From the NCBI GenBank assembly GCA_903813345.2, contig CAIIXF020000001.1, positions 38,068,001-38,132,000 on the forward strand: a stretch of DNA of 64,000 nucleotides, given 5' to 3'. Position numbers and translations under genes: made by a program. The DNA comes from Owenia fusiformis. Taxonomy: Eukaryota. This document shows, one piece after another, positions 37,701 to 52,700 of the stretch. The notes beneath the pieces were generated by a model that was given only the letters and a program-made list of their open reading frames with translations, was not told where the DNA came from and ran no database searches. Each line of letters opens with the position of its first letter. Position 1 is the first letter of the stretch.

Positions 37701-40700
37701 TTATTTGCACACCAAAAGTGCAACAACATGTTTACAATTATGTAAGTTATTATGTAAGGCCTAAAACAACTGGGCAGATATGCGACAAGATTTTAATATG
37801 TAGTCATGTCAGTCCAACCAAGTACCAAACAGTAAAATCGGGAACATTTCATATAAGCAGTGGTAGTATAACAACTTGGCCGTGCATGTATAAAATATTT
37901 TTGTTACCTAGAACAAAATGTACTTATGATCTTCCATATTAATATCCTTCACAGTAAAATTTAAGAGTACATCTACATTTATATGATGTCTGGTGTAAGA
38001 AATATTCCACAGCCTAAAATATGGAGTATTAATAATATGTTTGCCAGATATGTTCACAATTTTCTTGTTCTTAAATAATGAGATTTTATGTACTTGAGCT
38101 ACACATGTGTCGATACATCTTCATCATGTGAACTTCTTATATCTTTCAGATTGATTGGAATCACGTATCATATCACACTAACTACATAGTTACACTCAGA
38201 CAGTCTTGATGCTGGACAGAAATTGAACGTTTGAGGTAAAATAATCCATAGTGGGAAGGGTGGGTGGAGAAATATTGAGCAATATTTACAATTCAAATGT
38301 ACTAAATGTGTCTCAGCCAATCAGCTTTAGTGCATTAATTCAAGTTATTTGGTCAATATTGAACAGGAACATTATTTCCAGTGCATTATGGTTTCATAAA
38401 GAACAGCAGTGACATTATTGATAAAAAAGTGATGTCATCGTTAGTGTACATGTGCATTTATGGCTTCATAAAGAACTTGACAATGTCATATTTTATAAAA
38501 TAATAATTTGTATATTTGTATTGTTATTATAGAACCCGGTATCATTCTTTATTAAATTTTAAACCATTCATGCATTACATGTATCAATTTTTGACTTGAG
38601 AGGCTGACCTGGAAATGAAGTGACAGTATTGATCACTGGAACTGTCTAAACCTACCACACAGCTTCAAACACTGCAGGTACAAAAGCACAGTATACAAAG
38701 AACAGTAAATGTGCTTCCTGATTGGTTGAGAATATTTAGGCATGGTTGAATTAAGATGCAAAATGCAGTCTAAATATGTGCAATAATTTCATCAGAATAA
38801 TAATTGAATAAATGTCCAAATTTACAAATATATGAGCAAATGGACGTTATAATCTATGTTTTTACAACTAAGTGTATCAAGCATAGACAATTGCTGGAAT
38901 TACACATGGCATTTTACAAAAGCTTCTTCAGTTTTAACCAGGTTTAAGAATTAGGTGTAATCACGATTGCGGTTTTACAAAAGCGCTTTTCTAAAACTCC
39001 AAGAACCCTTGTCACTAGTAAACAGCATAAGTCGTTAGGCGCTTTAAGTGAGCAGTGTATATACCGATCGATTTTTGTAAGACGCCTTACCCGGGTTTTT
39101 AATAGTTTTTAACATTTGCCCGAAACGAAATAAGACCTCCCATAAAGTAAGCCTGTCTGGCCGCTCGTCTAGTTTTTGCCAAGATCTTTTCAAGATGTGC
39201 TCATGCCGACCAAAGGATGAGTTGATTTTCAAAAATAATAAAAACATTTGATACATGATGAGACATCCAGTCACGCTGCTATCTGGCTATATCTAAATTG
39301 AAAAATGGATGATGGTCGCCAGGTCACATCGAAATCAAGTGTTATCTTCAGAGAATATGTACATATTTTTCTTTTACCTTTTTACTATGTTTTCTCATAA
39401 TTAATAAAAGATAAATAAAAATTATGCAATGTCATGCATTTTTCATCAAATTATGGAAGATCAGTTTTGTCTTTAATTAGATGCAAAAAGAATACATTTA
39501 CAGGAGATGTACACATACATGTATGCTGGATATTATCCATAACTACATTGTTAAAAGTGCACGAAAGGTGTTTTAGAAAAAAAAGGTGTTATTCCAAAAT
39601 ATAATTCCTAAGACGCTTTAGAAATGTTGGTGTAATCAGAATGGCGATTTTGTAAAGCGCCTTCCACTAAAACGTTTTAGCGGATTTTGTGGTGTAATTC
39701 CAGCAATTAAATTAGAACGCTGTGTCAAAATAATTTTGAAATTCAAAAATTGCTCTTCCTTATTCATTGCTTTAGTGCGTTTATCAATGTCAATTTGCTC
39801 TTTATGTCACAATAAAGGGTTAAAAATGAGTTAGGTGTTAACTTTCAAATGGTACATTACAGGAAAAAACATCACAACTAACCTGTGAACATATTTAGAG
39901 TATCAAATCCATGTCGCAATGCAATAATATCCAGAAATGAAACTGTCCCATCCTCAAATCTAAAAATAGAAAGAAGTTTGCATAATATTAGAGTCGTAAC
40001 CATCCAATGTAGGGCAACTACATGAATTAAATGAATTGATCCATTCATTTCATACCTAAAGAGCCAGTGGAATGCAATGGCATATAAGTTAAGATTAAAA
40101 AAAACAGGAATAGTTCTTTATTCAATGCATTTCTATAAATCATCCAGCTTTAAAATGGTGTATATTATGTGAAACCAATAATATTAATACAACAATTTAT
40201 ACAACATTTGGTGTTGCTTTCTGGTTAAAATATGGGTCATTTAAATATAAATCTTTCAGAAACCCCCACAAACATTGTTTAATACTCCCCAACTGGAACA
40301 TAACCTCAAGTCCAGTCATAAAATATACTCAAATATGCATGCAGTGTTCTTTGGCAGGAAGTGCTGTACATTTTGTACATTTCTTCTCTGTGTTTTATGA
40401 TGTCTTTTGTGTACTAAACCTTACCAAGAGCCTGAATTTGCCTAAATCTTTTATTAAGTCAAGGAAATCAATTACTCTTTGATCTAGATTGATGAATGCA
40501 ATCACAATATGTTGTCAGCAACTCAAAACACTATAATTCATAGGGGATCAAATTGATATAATTCATTGAATGGTTCTTTCAATTGAAAACACACGCAAAC
40601 GCCTCACATCGAATTGATATGGCGATAAAATGTTTTTTTCATCAATCTCTCTGAAATTCAGAAAAGTAATCCAAAACATAGTTCCTGGTAATCTGATGAA

Positions 40701-43700
40701 TTTAGATTTTTGATATTCAAATTATCTCTATCATACCATTAAAGCTGTTTGAAAATTTTGAAATTTGCAGTAAAATTAAAATGCAATAGTTGATGGCTTG
40801 GACTAATTTGACACTAAAAATAATTCTGTATAACGATACATATGATGCACGGGCATAGCCAGGGGATGGGATGGGTGTGATCACACCCCTCCCCACCCCC
40901 ACAAAGAAAGAAAAAAGAAATTTTGTAAAAAAATTTGAAAAAACTTTAAAAAGGTATAGTTTGAAATGCTTAAAATACACCATATACAATGTAAATTTTA
41001 TAAGACTTCAGGGAGTAAACCCCGTATCCCCCTTTTCGGGGCTCATTTCACTCGCAGTGATACAAACTCAAAAATTCGCACCCCACTTGACAATTCCTAG
41101 CTACGCCCCTTTGGTGTTCACATAAAAACTCAAAAAACACCATGGAAGCTATCAAAACTGTGAAATTATCTGTAATATGCAGAGATTAATATAACTAGAC
41201 AATGGTGTATTAAGATAGTGTTCCCTCCTTTTGAGTATGTCATGTTCAAGGCATCTATCAACATATTACTGCAGGTGAGGGCAGCTTAAAAGTCTGCCAT
41301 GTCCTGCCATCTCATCACCTAAGCGATGCTTTTTCATTTTTCTAATTAAACAAAAATGTGAGATAGCGATACCTCATTAATAAACTCAATAAAATGCAAT
41401 ATAGGCATACATTACATAAATTTTGCGCACCTGTCTGATATATTTTTCCTCATGTTATGAAACCTCTGGTCGGTTAGGGCTACATTTACTGTACCCCCTC
41501 CAAAGTAACGCCTCTGTAGCACATGTTCGCTTGCATTCTTCACAAGTAGAGCACCTACAAGCAAACATCAATAATTAGTCCTACCCTCTGCAAGAATCAA
41601 TGACTTCACCATACTGTTATATTATTAATGAACAACTGAACTCGCCAATTTTTTATAATTGATGAACCTCTGAACCTCGGCAAAGTAGGAGGGAAATTAG
41701 CGCAACAGATTTCGGACAGTCATATGTTGGATTTTGGCTATTTTCTGAGGATTTAAACAGGTGGCAAATGCATTACCTAAAGGAAAAGCACTTCTAGAGA
41801 TGATAAAATAATTTCGACTTTGAGACAGGATAGATGCAAATAACAAATCCACATGTTTTTTCTGAAATGTTTTCCTGATTTTCAACCCCTTCCACTCCAG
41901 TTTTTATATTTTTTCTTGCATAAATATATTGCGTTTTGACACACAGTTAACCCCTTTAGAGGAATAAGTGATTCCTTTTAGATAAAGTGGAAAACAATAT
42001 TTCCCATGTTATTTTCCCATAGGGAAAACTCATGCAATCCATTGCTTTCAGCTAATTTTGGTCCTCCATAATAGATATCTTTAAAACCCCTGTAGGAATT
42101 ACTTATTCCTTAAAAGTGGTTAACTGTGTGTCAAAACATAACATATTGATGCAACAAAAATTAAAAAAGCAGGGGTGGAAGGGGTTGAAAGTCAGAACAA
42201 CATTTCAAAAAAAACATTGTGGATGGGTTGTTTGCACCTCCCCTGTATCAGAGTCGAAATTATTTTATCATCTCTATGAGTGCTTTTCCTGGAGGTAATG
42301 CATTGATCTAACATATGCACCTGTTTAAATCCTCAGAGAATAGCCAAAGTCCAACATATGACTATTCGAAATCTGTTGCACTAATTTCCCTCCTCCTTTC
42401 TGTTATTCATGGAAATCTGAACTCATTAATTTTGGGATCTATTGAAGTGAATAATAAACATATTCATCACTCTGGTTTAATGCCAAATTGTAAAATCAGG
42501 TATCCTAGTCAGAGAGCAGTGATTTACTCCATTGGCTCAGGGTAATCAACAGTCAATAATAAACATTAAATCAGTGCCTTTTAATAATCTTGCTCTTAAG
42601 GTAACATTACTTCACCAATAGCCTCAGTGGCAAGCAATTAGTTTAATAATTGCCTGTGTGAATAATTAATGATTGTTTTGTCTTTAGATTGTTTATCTAT
42701 ACATTAATGTTGATTTTCCCTGTGGGATTTGTAACCTAGGAGGGCAATCAATAATAACATCACTATAGACATCATTCTGCTATTTCAGATTTTACAACAT
42801 TACTTGTTTTTTACTTCATGTATAATTGTACTATAATGCAGCATAAGTAAATGTATGATATCAATGAGGCAATAAGTGAAAAGATTTGAGTTTTTGATGT
42901 GCTAATAATATTACAAGAAAATTGGAAATTATTAGAGTTACGAGCAATATTTTGTTTTGGTTTTGAAAGGATGAAGCCTTTATAAGACTTGACTATTTGT
43001 GTAAGAAGAGCTAATAAAAAGTTTATTCTGCAGTATTGTGTTACTCAAGTCTACAGTTTGGCAAAAATATTAGGGAGAAAATGTAAATTTTGAAATGATG
43101 ATTTAGAAATGAAAACTTAGAAGAATTGTAAAAATATAATTTTTGGGGAAAATGTGAATATACCTTAATTCAATTACCTATTCCTGTTGGAAATCCAAAT
43201 ATCTTATAGAAAGAGAGGGTAACAAAGTCGGGCTTATGTTCACTCAAGTCCAAAGTTGACGTAGTCAGGAAGGAGGCTGCGTCAAGGAGACAATACCATT
43301 TCCCAGAGGACACTGCACCCAGACGGCCATCTTGAATATCTTTTATCCAAGACAATGGATATTTTCTTCCAGAGAAATTGCACTGTGCTGGATATACAAA
43401 TAGATTATTCCCATATTTTGCAGTAGTATTATCCCCAATCGATTTTGGACCCATGTTTCCTTTCATGGTTTGATTAAGATTTGATTGTATACTAGATTCA
43501 CTGAGACATACAAATGATGCACCATTGTGTATAGCAAGCTCTCTCATTCCTACCACAGAGGTATGACTAGTATCAATGCAACTAAAGACTCCATATTTAA
43601 AAGCGTTACATTCTTTATCCCGATCCTCAGACTTAAAAGCACTGTTTGAATCCACATGTGATATGGAAGTATCATTTGTAGTGTCATTTTGTCCATAATC

Positions 43701-46700
43701 ATGAGTTGACTTGGCAACTCCATGTTCTTGAGTCAACTTGACCTGAGTTGACTTGGTAACTTCCTCTGCCTGACCAGTTTTTTGGCTATATTGAAATGAT
43801 TCTGCCACAAGTTTCAAAGCTGCAGTACATCCTGATGTGAATATCACTGAATATTCCTTGTCATTTGTCCTCAAATATTGTAAGATCCTGTAAAAAGAAA
43901 TCGTTAGATTTCATATGAACACAAAATCTTCATCAATCAGTACCATATAATTGAATTAAAAAAACAGAAATGTTTGAAACCATGAAGAAGAAGGTCATGC
44001 ACATATGGAAGGTAGGTTACTAACTGGATGAGAAGTCTGTGAGGGGAGAGGTAATGATGAAGAAGGCAGGGAGAGTTCTCCATGGGGGTGTGGGTTGGGA
44101 AAAGCAATGCCTCTGAGCTTGTCTCTTTGATGACTAATAGGAGCTTGGTCTCAGACTGGGGTCTCAGGTAGGTTTAGGTTTACTGCACGATTGTAATACT
44201 GGAGCAGGGGCCATGGTCAGGAAAGTTCATAACATATGTGATATTAAACAAGAGGATGTTTCCAGGGTGAAGGACAGATGGTTGAAAAGGAAATCAGGTG
44301 AGGTGGTGGGACCAATAGGTATTCATAGGTTAATAACTTCTAATGCATACCAACCCATCCTCTGTGTTCTATCATCTATTACATTCTGAAAATATACTGA
44401 CGGTTCTGCTTCAACCTGCTGCATTTAATTCACCATCATTATGCTCTAGATGGTTTGCTTACATTCCTAATGTAATTATTGAGTGCTATTTTGGGTGGAG
44501 GAGTCATATTAGCCACAATTATATGATTAATGTGCACTGTTTGTTTGTGCAAGGTATTGAGACGAGACTCCATATTTGGGAGGAGAAAGATTATAGCTGA
44601 ACAATTTGATGAACCTGTTCCTATCCCGGATTCTATAAGAGGAAACACAACAAACATTTAGTCTTCACCTCAAGTTATATAATTTATGAACTAATGCAAT
44701 AGACTCATGCCAGATAATTAACCCACTAATTGGGGCCCTAAAGAGTTTTGGGGGCCACCCTTCCCACCAAGATCAGCCAGTGAATGGTCTGAATACCTGA
44801 CCGGGCCAAGGAGCAGGAAAGAAAGGAAACATTGTTAGTGACTGAGATCTGGAAATTCATCAAAAACAATCTGTTAAAACTGAATGAATGTTTGTCAAAA
44901 CCACAAAAAAGCAACTTAAATTTCGAAAATGCCGAGGGTGCCAACAATTCTCATACAAGGCATTAACATGACAAAATGTCACCACCTAGTTGCTCACAAT
45001 ATTATGAGTTCAAACTTAAGTCAGATTTGAATTTCTGAGAACTTGTAAAGTCAAATTTGAACTTCTGAAAAGATGTAGATGATTTTGAAAAAAAAATTTG
45101 GTCAATTTGAAGCAAGTTGAAAACAGACCTTTTTGACCTTTTTTGACCTTGAGAAGGTCATTAAAGGTCAAATGTCAAATCTAAAGTCAGATTTGAATTT
45201 CTGAGAACATGTAGATGATTTTGAAAAAAAAATTAGTCAATTTGAAGCAAGTTGAAAAAAGACCTTTTTGACCTTTTTTGACCTTGAGAAGGTCATTGAA
45301 GGTCAAATGTCAAATCTTAAGTCAAATCTAAAGTCATATTTGAATTTCTGAGAACATGTAGATTATTTTGAAAAAAATTTAGTCAATTTGAAGCAAGATG
45401 AAAAAATACCTTTTTGACCTTTTTTGACATTGAGAAGGTCATTGAAGGTCAAGTGTCAAATCTAAAGTCAGATTTGAATTTCTGAGAACATGTAGATGAT
45501 TTTGAAAAAAAAATTTAGTCAATTTGAAGCAAGTTGAAAAAAGACCTTTTTGACCTTTTTTGACTTTGAGAAGGTCATTGAAGGTCAAATGTCAAATCTT
45601 AAGTCAAATCTAAAGTCAGATTTGAATTTCTGAGAACACGTAGATAATTTTGAAAATTTTTTTTAGTCAATTTGAAGCAAGTTGAAAACAGACCTTTTTG
45701 ACCTTTTTTGACCTTGAGAAGGTCATTAAAGGTCAAATGTCAAATCTAAAGTCAGATTTGAATTTCTGAGAACATGTAGATGATTTTGAAAAAAAAAATT
45801 AGTCAATTTGAAGCAAGTTGAAAAAAGACCTTTTTGACCTTTTTTGACCTTGAGAAGGTCATTAAAGGTCAAATGTCAAATCTAAAGTCATATTTGAATT
45901 TCTGAAAAGATGTAGATGATTTTGAAAAAAAATTTAGTCAATTTGAAGCAAGATGAAAAAATACCTTTTTGACCTTTTTTGACCTTGAGAAGGTCATTGA
46001 AGGTCAAATGTCAAATCTAAAGTCAGATTTGAATTTCTGAGAACATGTAGTTGATTTTGAAAAAAAAATTTAGTCAATTTGAAGCAAGTTGAAAAAAGAC
46101 CTTTTTGACCTTTTTTGACTTTGAGAAGGTCATTGAAGGTCAAATGTCAAATCTTAAGTCAAATCTAAAGTCAGATTTGAATTTCTGAGAACACGTAGAT
46201 GATTTTGAAAATTTTTTTTAGTCAATTTGAAGCAAGTTGAAAACAGACCTTTTTTAACCTTGAGAAGGTCATTGAAGGTCAAATGTCAAATCTTAAGTCA
46301 AATCTTAAGTCAGATTTGAATTTCTGAGAACACGTAGATGATTTTGAAAAAAAATTTAGTCAATTTGAAGCAAGTTGAAAACAGACCTTTTTGACCTTTT
46401 TTGACCTTGAGAAGGTCATTGAAGGTCAAATGTCAAATCTAAAGTCAGATTTGAAGGTCAAATGTCAAATCTAAAGTCAGATTTGAATTTCTGAGAACAT
46501 GTAGATGATTTTGAAAAAAAATTTAGTCAATGTGAAGCAAGTTGAAAAAATACCTTTTTGACCTTGAGAAGGTCATTGAAGGTCAAATGTCAAATCTAAA
46601 GTCAGATTTGAACTTCTGAGAACATGTAGATGATTTAGAAAAAAATTGAAGTCAGTCTAAACAGTATTTGTTAAGTTATAGGAAGTTGTAAGAAATTGTT

Positions 46701-49700
46701 ACAGACGCCGGACGGCAACCGCCGGACACCAACCACCAACCGCCGGACACCAACCACCAACCGCCGGACGCCAACCGCCGTCGCAAAAAAACGGAGACCA
46801 TAACAATATGTCACCACTTTAGGTGGTGACATAATAATAAAGTTAAAGGAGGGAGAGGGCATTAAATAGTTAACTAGTTAGCTCACACATATTTTCCTTA
46901 AATGTGTTCAAAATATTGTATATTCTGCTGCTGTTATTCAAATGCTTATAAATACTATTAGTATAAAATAAGCATGCAGATTCTAAAAAAAGTTTATAAA
47001 TGGCCGTGTCATTTTTTATTATACCTGTTCAGGAAATATGTTCTGATATAAACCTAGAAACTACTTTTATAGAAATATCTACTATATTTGGCAAAGACAA
47101 ATGCTGTTTCAGTACAGTTCTACTTTAAAGAGGCAATATGATAGATATAACATTTTAATGCATAGTAATATGAAGTATCTATATTCAAATAACAATTAAT
47201 TGAGATTACAAATATTTTTTACCCATCTGAGAATTGAAAAAAAAATTGATATGTTTAAAATCAAATAAAAAAACATCAAATATATTCAATAAATAATTAA
47301 TTAAACTATAAAAAATATAGTTGTCACAAAAAGAATTTATGTAAGAAATGAATATGTATGTATGAATATGAAATGAATATATATGAATACATATCATGTT
47401 TTTTGTTTCTCCTGATATTGAATGATGCAGTACCAGAACAGTACAATAAAATTATCAACTGATATGTGGCTAATATGAGACATCAAACTAACACATGCCT
47501 TCGGTAACCTAGTATACATTCCAATGCATGTCATGGGCATATGTTTCTACACTGACCAACATTTTTTGTTTTCTTTAATTTGCACGTGCTACCATCTGGT
47601 AATGCACCTGCCTCTGGTAATAGACATAGAACTGTCAAAGAGTCATGTTTAAGCAACAGTTTACTTTCCTTACATTAACAAAACAATTGTGTCATGAACA
47701 AATAAATAATGCATCAAGCTGTTGTGCCATAAATTATTGATTAATAGGATGAGGCCTGATGAAGCACTGTTCACAAATATCATATAAAAATGGACCAGGT
47801 TCACAATTATTAAACCTATTTGTTAGTGATTTTTTAAGTACTAGTAGAAGCAAGTTTGTGAATATTTACTGCTCCATAAAACATTTTGATTTATTCTCAG
47901 CAAGGGGGTTATATTAACTTGGACTATGATATTCATGTAGTTAATGACCCCTCCACCCACAAACCTACTGTACCTATCAATGATAAGGAAGAAGATGGAG
48001 TGAGAACACATGTTACCAGGCCAGTAGTCCAATATTTAAAACAAAGTAAGAAAACGAACACATAAATAAATAATTGGGGCATCACTGAAATAGATTCTTC
48101 CAGCATCCACATCAGGTTCACTTTAGACAATGTTAAATTCCACAACACAGTTATTGAACAAGAAGAGAACAAATATGCCAAGATTATCCAAAATAAATGT
48201 TCCAGATATATGCCTTGTTTTCTGTTCTGTATTTAATCAAACGGGAAATAACATTACACAATGTCCTCATGCCTGATGCTATGAATTTAATCCTTAGATA
48301 AAAAATAAAAATCTACAAATTCAAAAAACTTGGGGCTACATCAGGGGGCATGAATTTGTCCGGATGAATTTTATCAGGAGGATAAATTTTGGGACTTTTG
48401 ATCTAGATAAATATCTGGTGAATCGGTACGATCCTAGGATTTTTGAAGAATCTCTGAGATTTATCCGAATATACTAGGAGAAATAATCTTCATTTATGTC
48501 ATTAATATTCAAAATTCATATTCAAAAATGTGACTTCTAGGTCAGGGAGTTTCCCCAAAGACCACATGTTGTAAAATCACAAAAAGTGAAATATCTTTTC
48601 TTGCGTTGGGCAGATAATATTTTCTTTTACTGGACATATTTTCATTTGTATAATTATCAGACACATGATATTATATAAAAATTGATCCATTTAAACTGAT
48701 TATGTTCAAGTTTAAGGGAACTTTCTTATATACATGTACCTGCCAAGTTAATTGACCCGAACAAGCCACCTGGTGGTGAAACTGATAACTACTTAATCAC
48801 ATCTGGGTAATTACATTGGAAATTAAATTATTTTTTTCTGAAAATTAATTAACCTATGTAGGTGGATTGAGACTAGGATGAGATTTATATTCAACGGTGT
48901 TAGGATAATTTCAAGAATTAATCTAAAATGAAACATTACTATTATTAGATATTTATCCGGATCAGATTTGTACAAACTCCCAGCCCTGGAGGATATAGAA
49001 TGGTATGAATGATTAAGTTATGCACTTTTATTTGCTAAGCTGGAATGTCTGGAAAGGTTTTTTATTGAGCGTGACAAAACTCAGCAAAGTTAATGCGTTG
49101 TTAGTACATTTCAGTAAGATCTGGTTCTTCCTGGGATACATGTACACAGACATCCGAAATCTTGTAATGGTGTTGTCAGATGTCAAAATCAATAAACATA
49201 ATTACACTTTATATCAATGTCTGTGTAGTTCTGGCAGGTTTCACTTTAAAAAAAGAATAACAATACTGATTATATGCTTACTGATTAAAGCTCCCTTAAA
49301 TAAAATGCACAGGATTCTAGAGATAATATTTTTCAAGTATGTCTTCAATCATTATATTATCTTTTTTATGCCCCCATCTCAATTAAATCTTCTGTTTTTG
49401 GAAGAAAAGACAAACCCACCTTGATTACTGATAGAGGTTTGATACTCATTGGTATTTTTTTTAAAATGTACAATGTCAGTTGACTTAAACTAGCACATAG
49501 TTCATTAAACAGATCTTTTCACCACATATCAAATGTTTCAAGGTCTGTGTTATGAAATGCTCTTAGGGCAGCAGGAGGAATGCACTGACTGACTGAGGGG
49601 GAGTTGTCTATTAAAACATATGCTAATCTTGTCCTTGAGGAACCCCCTCCCCCACTAACATTTATTTTCCCATGTCACTGACCCATGCCATATGTGAAAT

Positions 49701-52700
49701 TATGTCAGTAGAGTTAATACAAAATCAACAGAAATAATAACTCAATGGTACATGCCTTTTCTGTTACTTTCTATTTTATGCAATTTTGACGGAAATGGGT
49801 TTTTGAACAAGTTAGCTGACGCACCAAAAGTTCACAATAAAAATCTTAAAACAATTGAGAAAAACAGGCGCTACAGAAAAGAAAAATATGCAAATAAGCA
49901 GAACAAATGTTGAATCTTCTGAGGGGGCTTCTAGCCTAACCTGTTTGAATCTCGTGAAACAGGTGTATGGTACACTCCATGCATTCATTCACATGTAGCC
50001 TGGCCAATGGAACCAGAGGCTGTATATATCATAACTGGTTCCCTTCCACGTGTATTAACAACACTGTCTCACTGATAGCTAGTTGCGCATCAGCTACTCA
50101 CTCATCTGAGTCTACAATTCAATCATAAATTGATTCACCTGCCCTGTTTACTGATTTAAGACGTTAAGGACATTATACTAAAGGACAACATTTGAGTCTC
50201 CTGACCAAGTGAGTATAAAACATATTTATCTTATTAATATGTATTTTTATTTTCAGATGGACTTATCTTTTCAGATAATCTTACTGTCAAAATGTTACAA
50301 ATATATGTCAAATTTAGATATTTTTAATAATAAAGGATAACAGTAACTGCCTAGTTTCAGGGATATATATTGTACATATGGTTTATGATACGGTTTTATG
50401 TATTTATGTGATAGAGCCTAAGTCGGTTGATTGTTGAATCAGTTTGTCAGACTATGGAAGCAGACTTTGTGAATTGGTCCCAAACAACCAGAGTTCTCAT
50501 ATTCTAATTGAAAATATTTAAAGGCCTTTGTTTCCACGGCAATTGTTTGAACTAATGAAAGTGCATAATGTTGAAAAAATATCAAAAATAATTTGAAAAT
50601 GCTTTGCTGTGAGTACATGTACCTTATCATTTAGTTTAAATTTGTATATTCTCTTATTTTAGCTGAATATTTCACTGGGGACCTCTGGAACAACATAAGA
50701 TTCCAATTCATTGAGATGCCCGACTTAAGCAATAAATTACACCATTACATACTGCATACATCCCAAGCTTTTTGTGTTGATAAAATTTTAAAAATTGGTT
50801 GAGAAATAAGCAAGAAATTAACTTTAAAAGGTCAGTTTTTATTGAAACCAATATCTAAAACGTTAAATACTACTTTTCAAACTAGACAACATTGCCTTAA
50901 TTTGAAAGTTTGGCATATTTATACGATAGAATTTTTCATAATAAATTTTGATATCAATTAAATTATGCCATCTTCTTGATATCATGGTGAACCCTCATAA
51001 CCTCACAAAATTTTTAAAATGCTACAAAATGTAATAACTTATATGCATAAAAATGGAGTGAAATGGTTGAGAGATAAAGAACATTTCCTTGATCTACCCA
51101 ATGGAGTCTAGAGTGTAATGTGTTTTATTGTATATAGTTTGGGATTTGATGGTCTAAAATCTAAATATTTGTTGTCAAAATGGAGGGAAATTAAATTTTT
51201 GAAAATTTAAAGATGACAAGTAATATTTTTCAGAAAATATTACCATGGGCTTTCAATATCTGTCTATCAATTTTTAAAAATCAGAAAATACCATGTACAG
51301 TAAACAACACAACGCAACTGATAAAATAAAAATTGACAGCTTATTATATACACTTACAAGATAACATGGCTCTACGGTCCATTTCACTGTTTTATTAACT
51401 CAGTAAAACCTAGAAAAAAAGAAATCAAAAGACCATTGTGCAATTAATAATATATGGAAAAATATATTCATATCATACAAGAATGTCATATGGATTGCTT
51501 TTAGTTTGGCTAATAAAATGTGTGGCCTCTTATATTTTGATGCTTCTCTGCCATGTTATTTTCGAAAATTAAACATAGCTGAAACTACAAGAGGCCACAG
51601 GCTTATTGCAAAAAACAAAATAATCTGAAATATACAAATGTCATTTGTGTACAATATGAATATATTTTTTCATATAATTGAACAAATGTGTTTTGATTTC
51701 TTATTTTTTAACTGAGTCAATAAAACAGTGAAATGGACTTTAGTTGATTATTACCACAAAGGTGACTAGCTTAACATAGATATTGCATTAATAGTTAATT
51801 ATGCCTCCTCTTTTTTATGTTGTAAAGAGTGTCACTAATCAGTGACTGAGAACATAAGAATCTGTTCAATCAAAATGCATGTTTAGTAGCTTGCAAACCT
51901 GCTATGACAGTAGTAAATATTTTTTGATTTCAAAATTTAGGCTACAATTTTTTAATTCAAAGGTGGTGAAAATATAATTTTATGAAAAAGTATACGATGT
52001 AATATATTTGGACTCTGAAGATTGCATTCTGCCAGTAGTCATTATATATGACACATTGTAAGTTTGTATTATGACATACCTGTAGCGGATCTGGTCGATT
52101 GTATCTGAGGTGAGTTTACTACTTGGGTTTGAACTATGGGGATTCCCATACACATTCTGCAGCAGGTCTTGGTGGTGTTTCTCTATATGGGACTTAGAAT
52201 ATAAGGTAGCACCTGAATGGTCAAGATAGGTCAAATCTGAAAAAAGAATAATCATAATCATTTCATATTGGTCATTTTAACATATTTTCTTATAGTGGAT
52301 AAGAAAATATGATTAAAAAATCCATGAGGATTCAACTTTCAATGCCACTATACTTTGGTCCAAAAATAAGTTTTTGTCAACTAGCTGCTCTACCACAGTA
52401 GTACTTACCATTACTACCTGATACTTCAAATAATTATCTTGCAAGTAAAAAAGTACATGTATGCTGATATGCCATCTATCAACAAAATGTAAAGCTGTCT
52501 TTACAGAAGAATATATAGATGATACTTCAGTCTTATACCCAGACATTATGATACATGTATGTATTAGAAATTTTGTAACACACTTATGTTTATAACTTAT
52601 AAAGTTTGTATACTGTCATCATTTATCACGACTTGTAATCAGGTGATTTATGCTAGAAAATTCATGCATGCATCATGCAAATTTTAAAGTCAACCTTTTT

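Noticed and set aside
44000..44950. Purine-rich segment with short ORFs, possible retroelement remnant
   Set aside because: No diagnostic RT, GIY-YIG or integrase motif recognisable.
49020..49424. 134-aa + strand ORF in MOCOS intron 2
   Set aside because: AT-rich hydrophobic composition typical of random ORFs; no domain.
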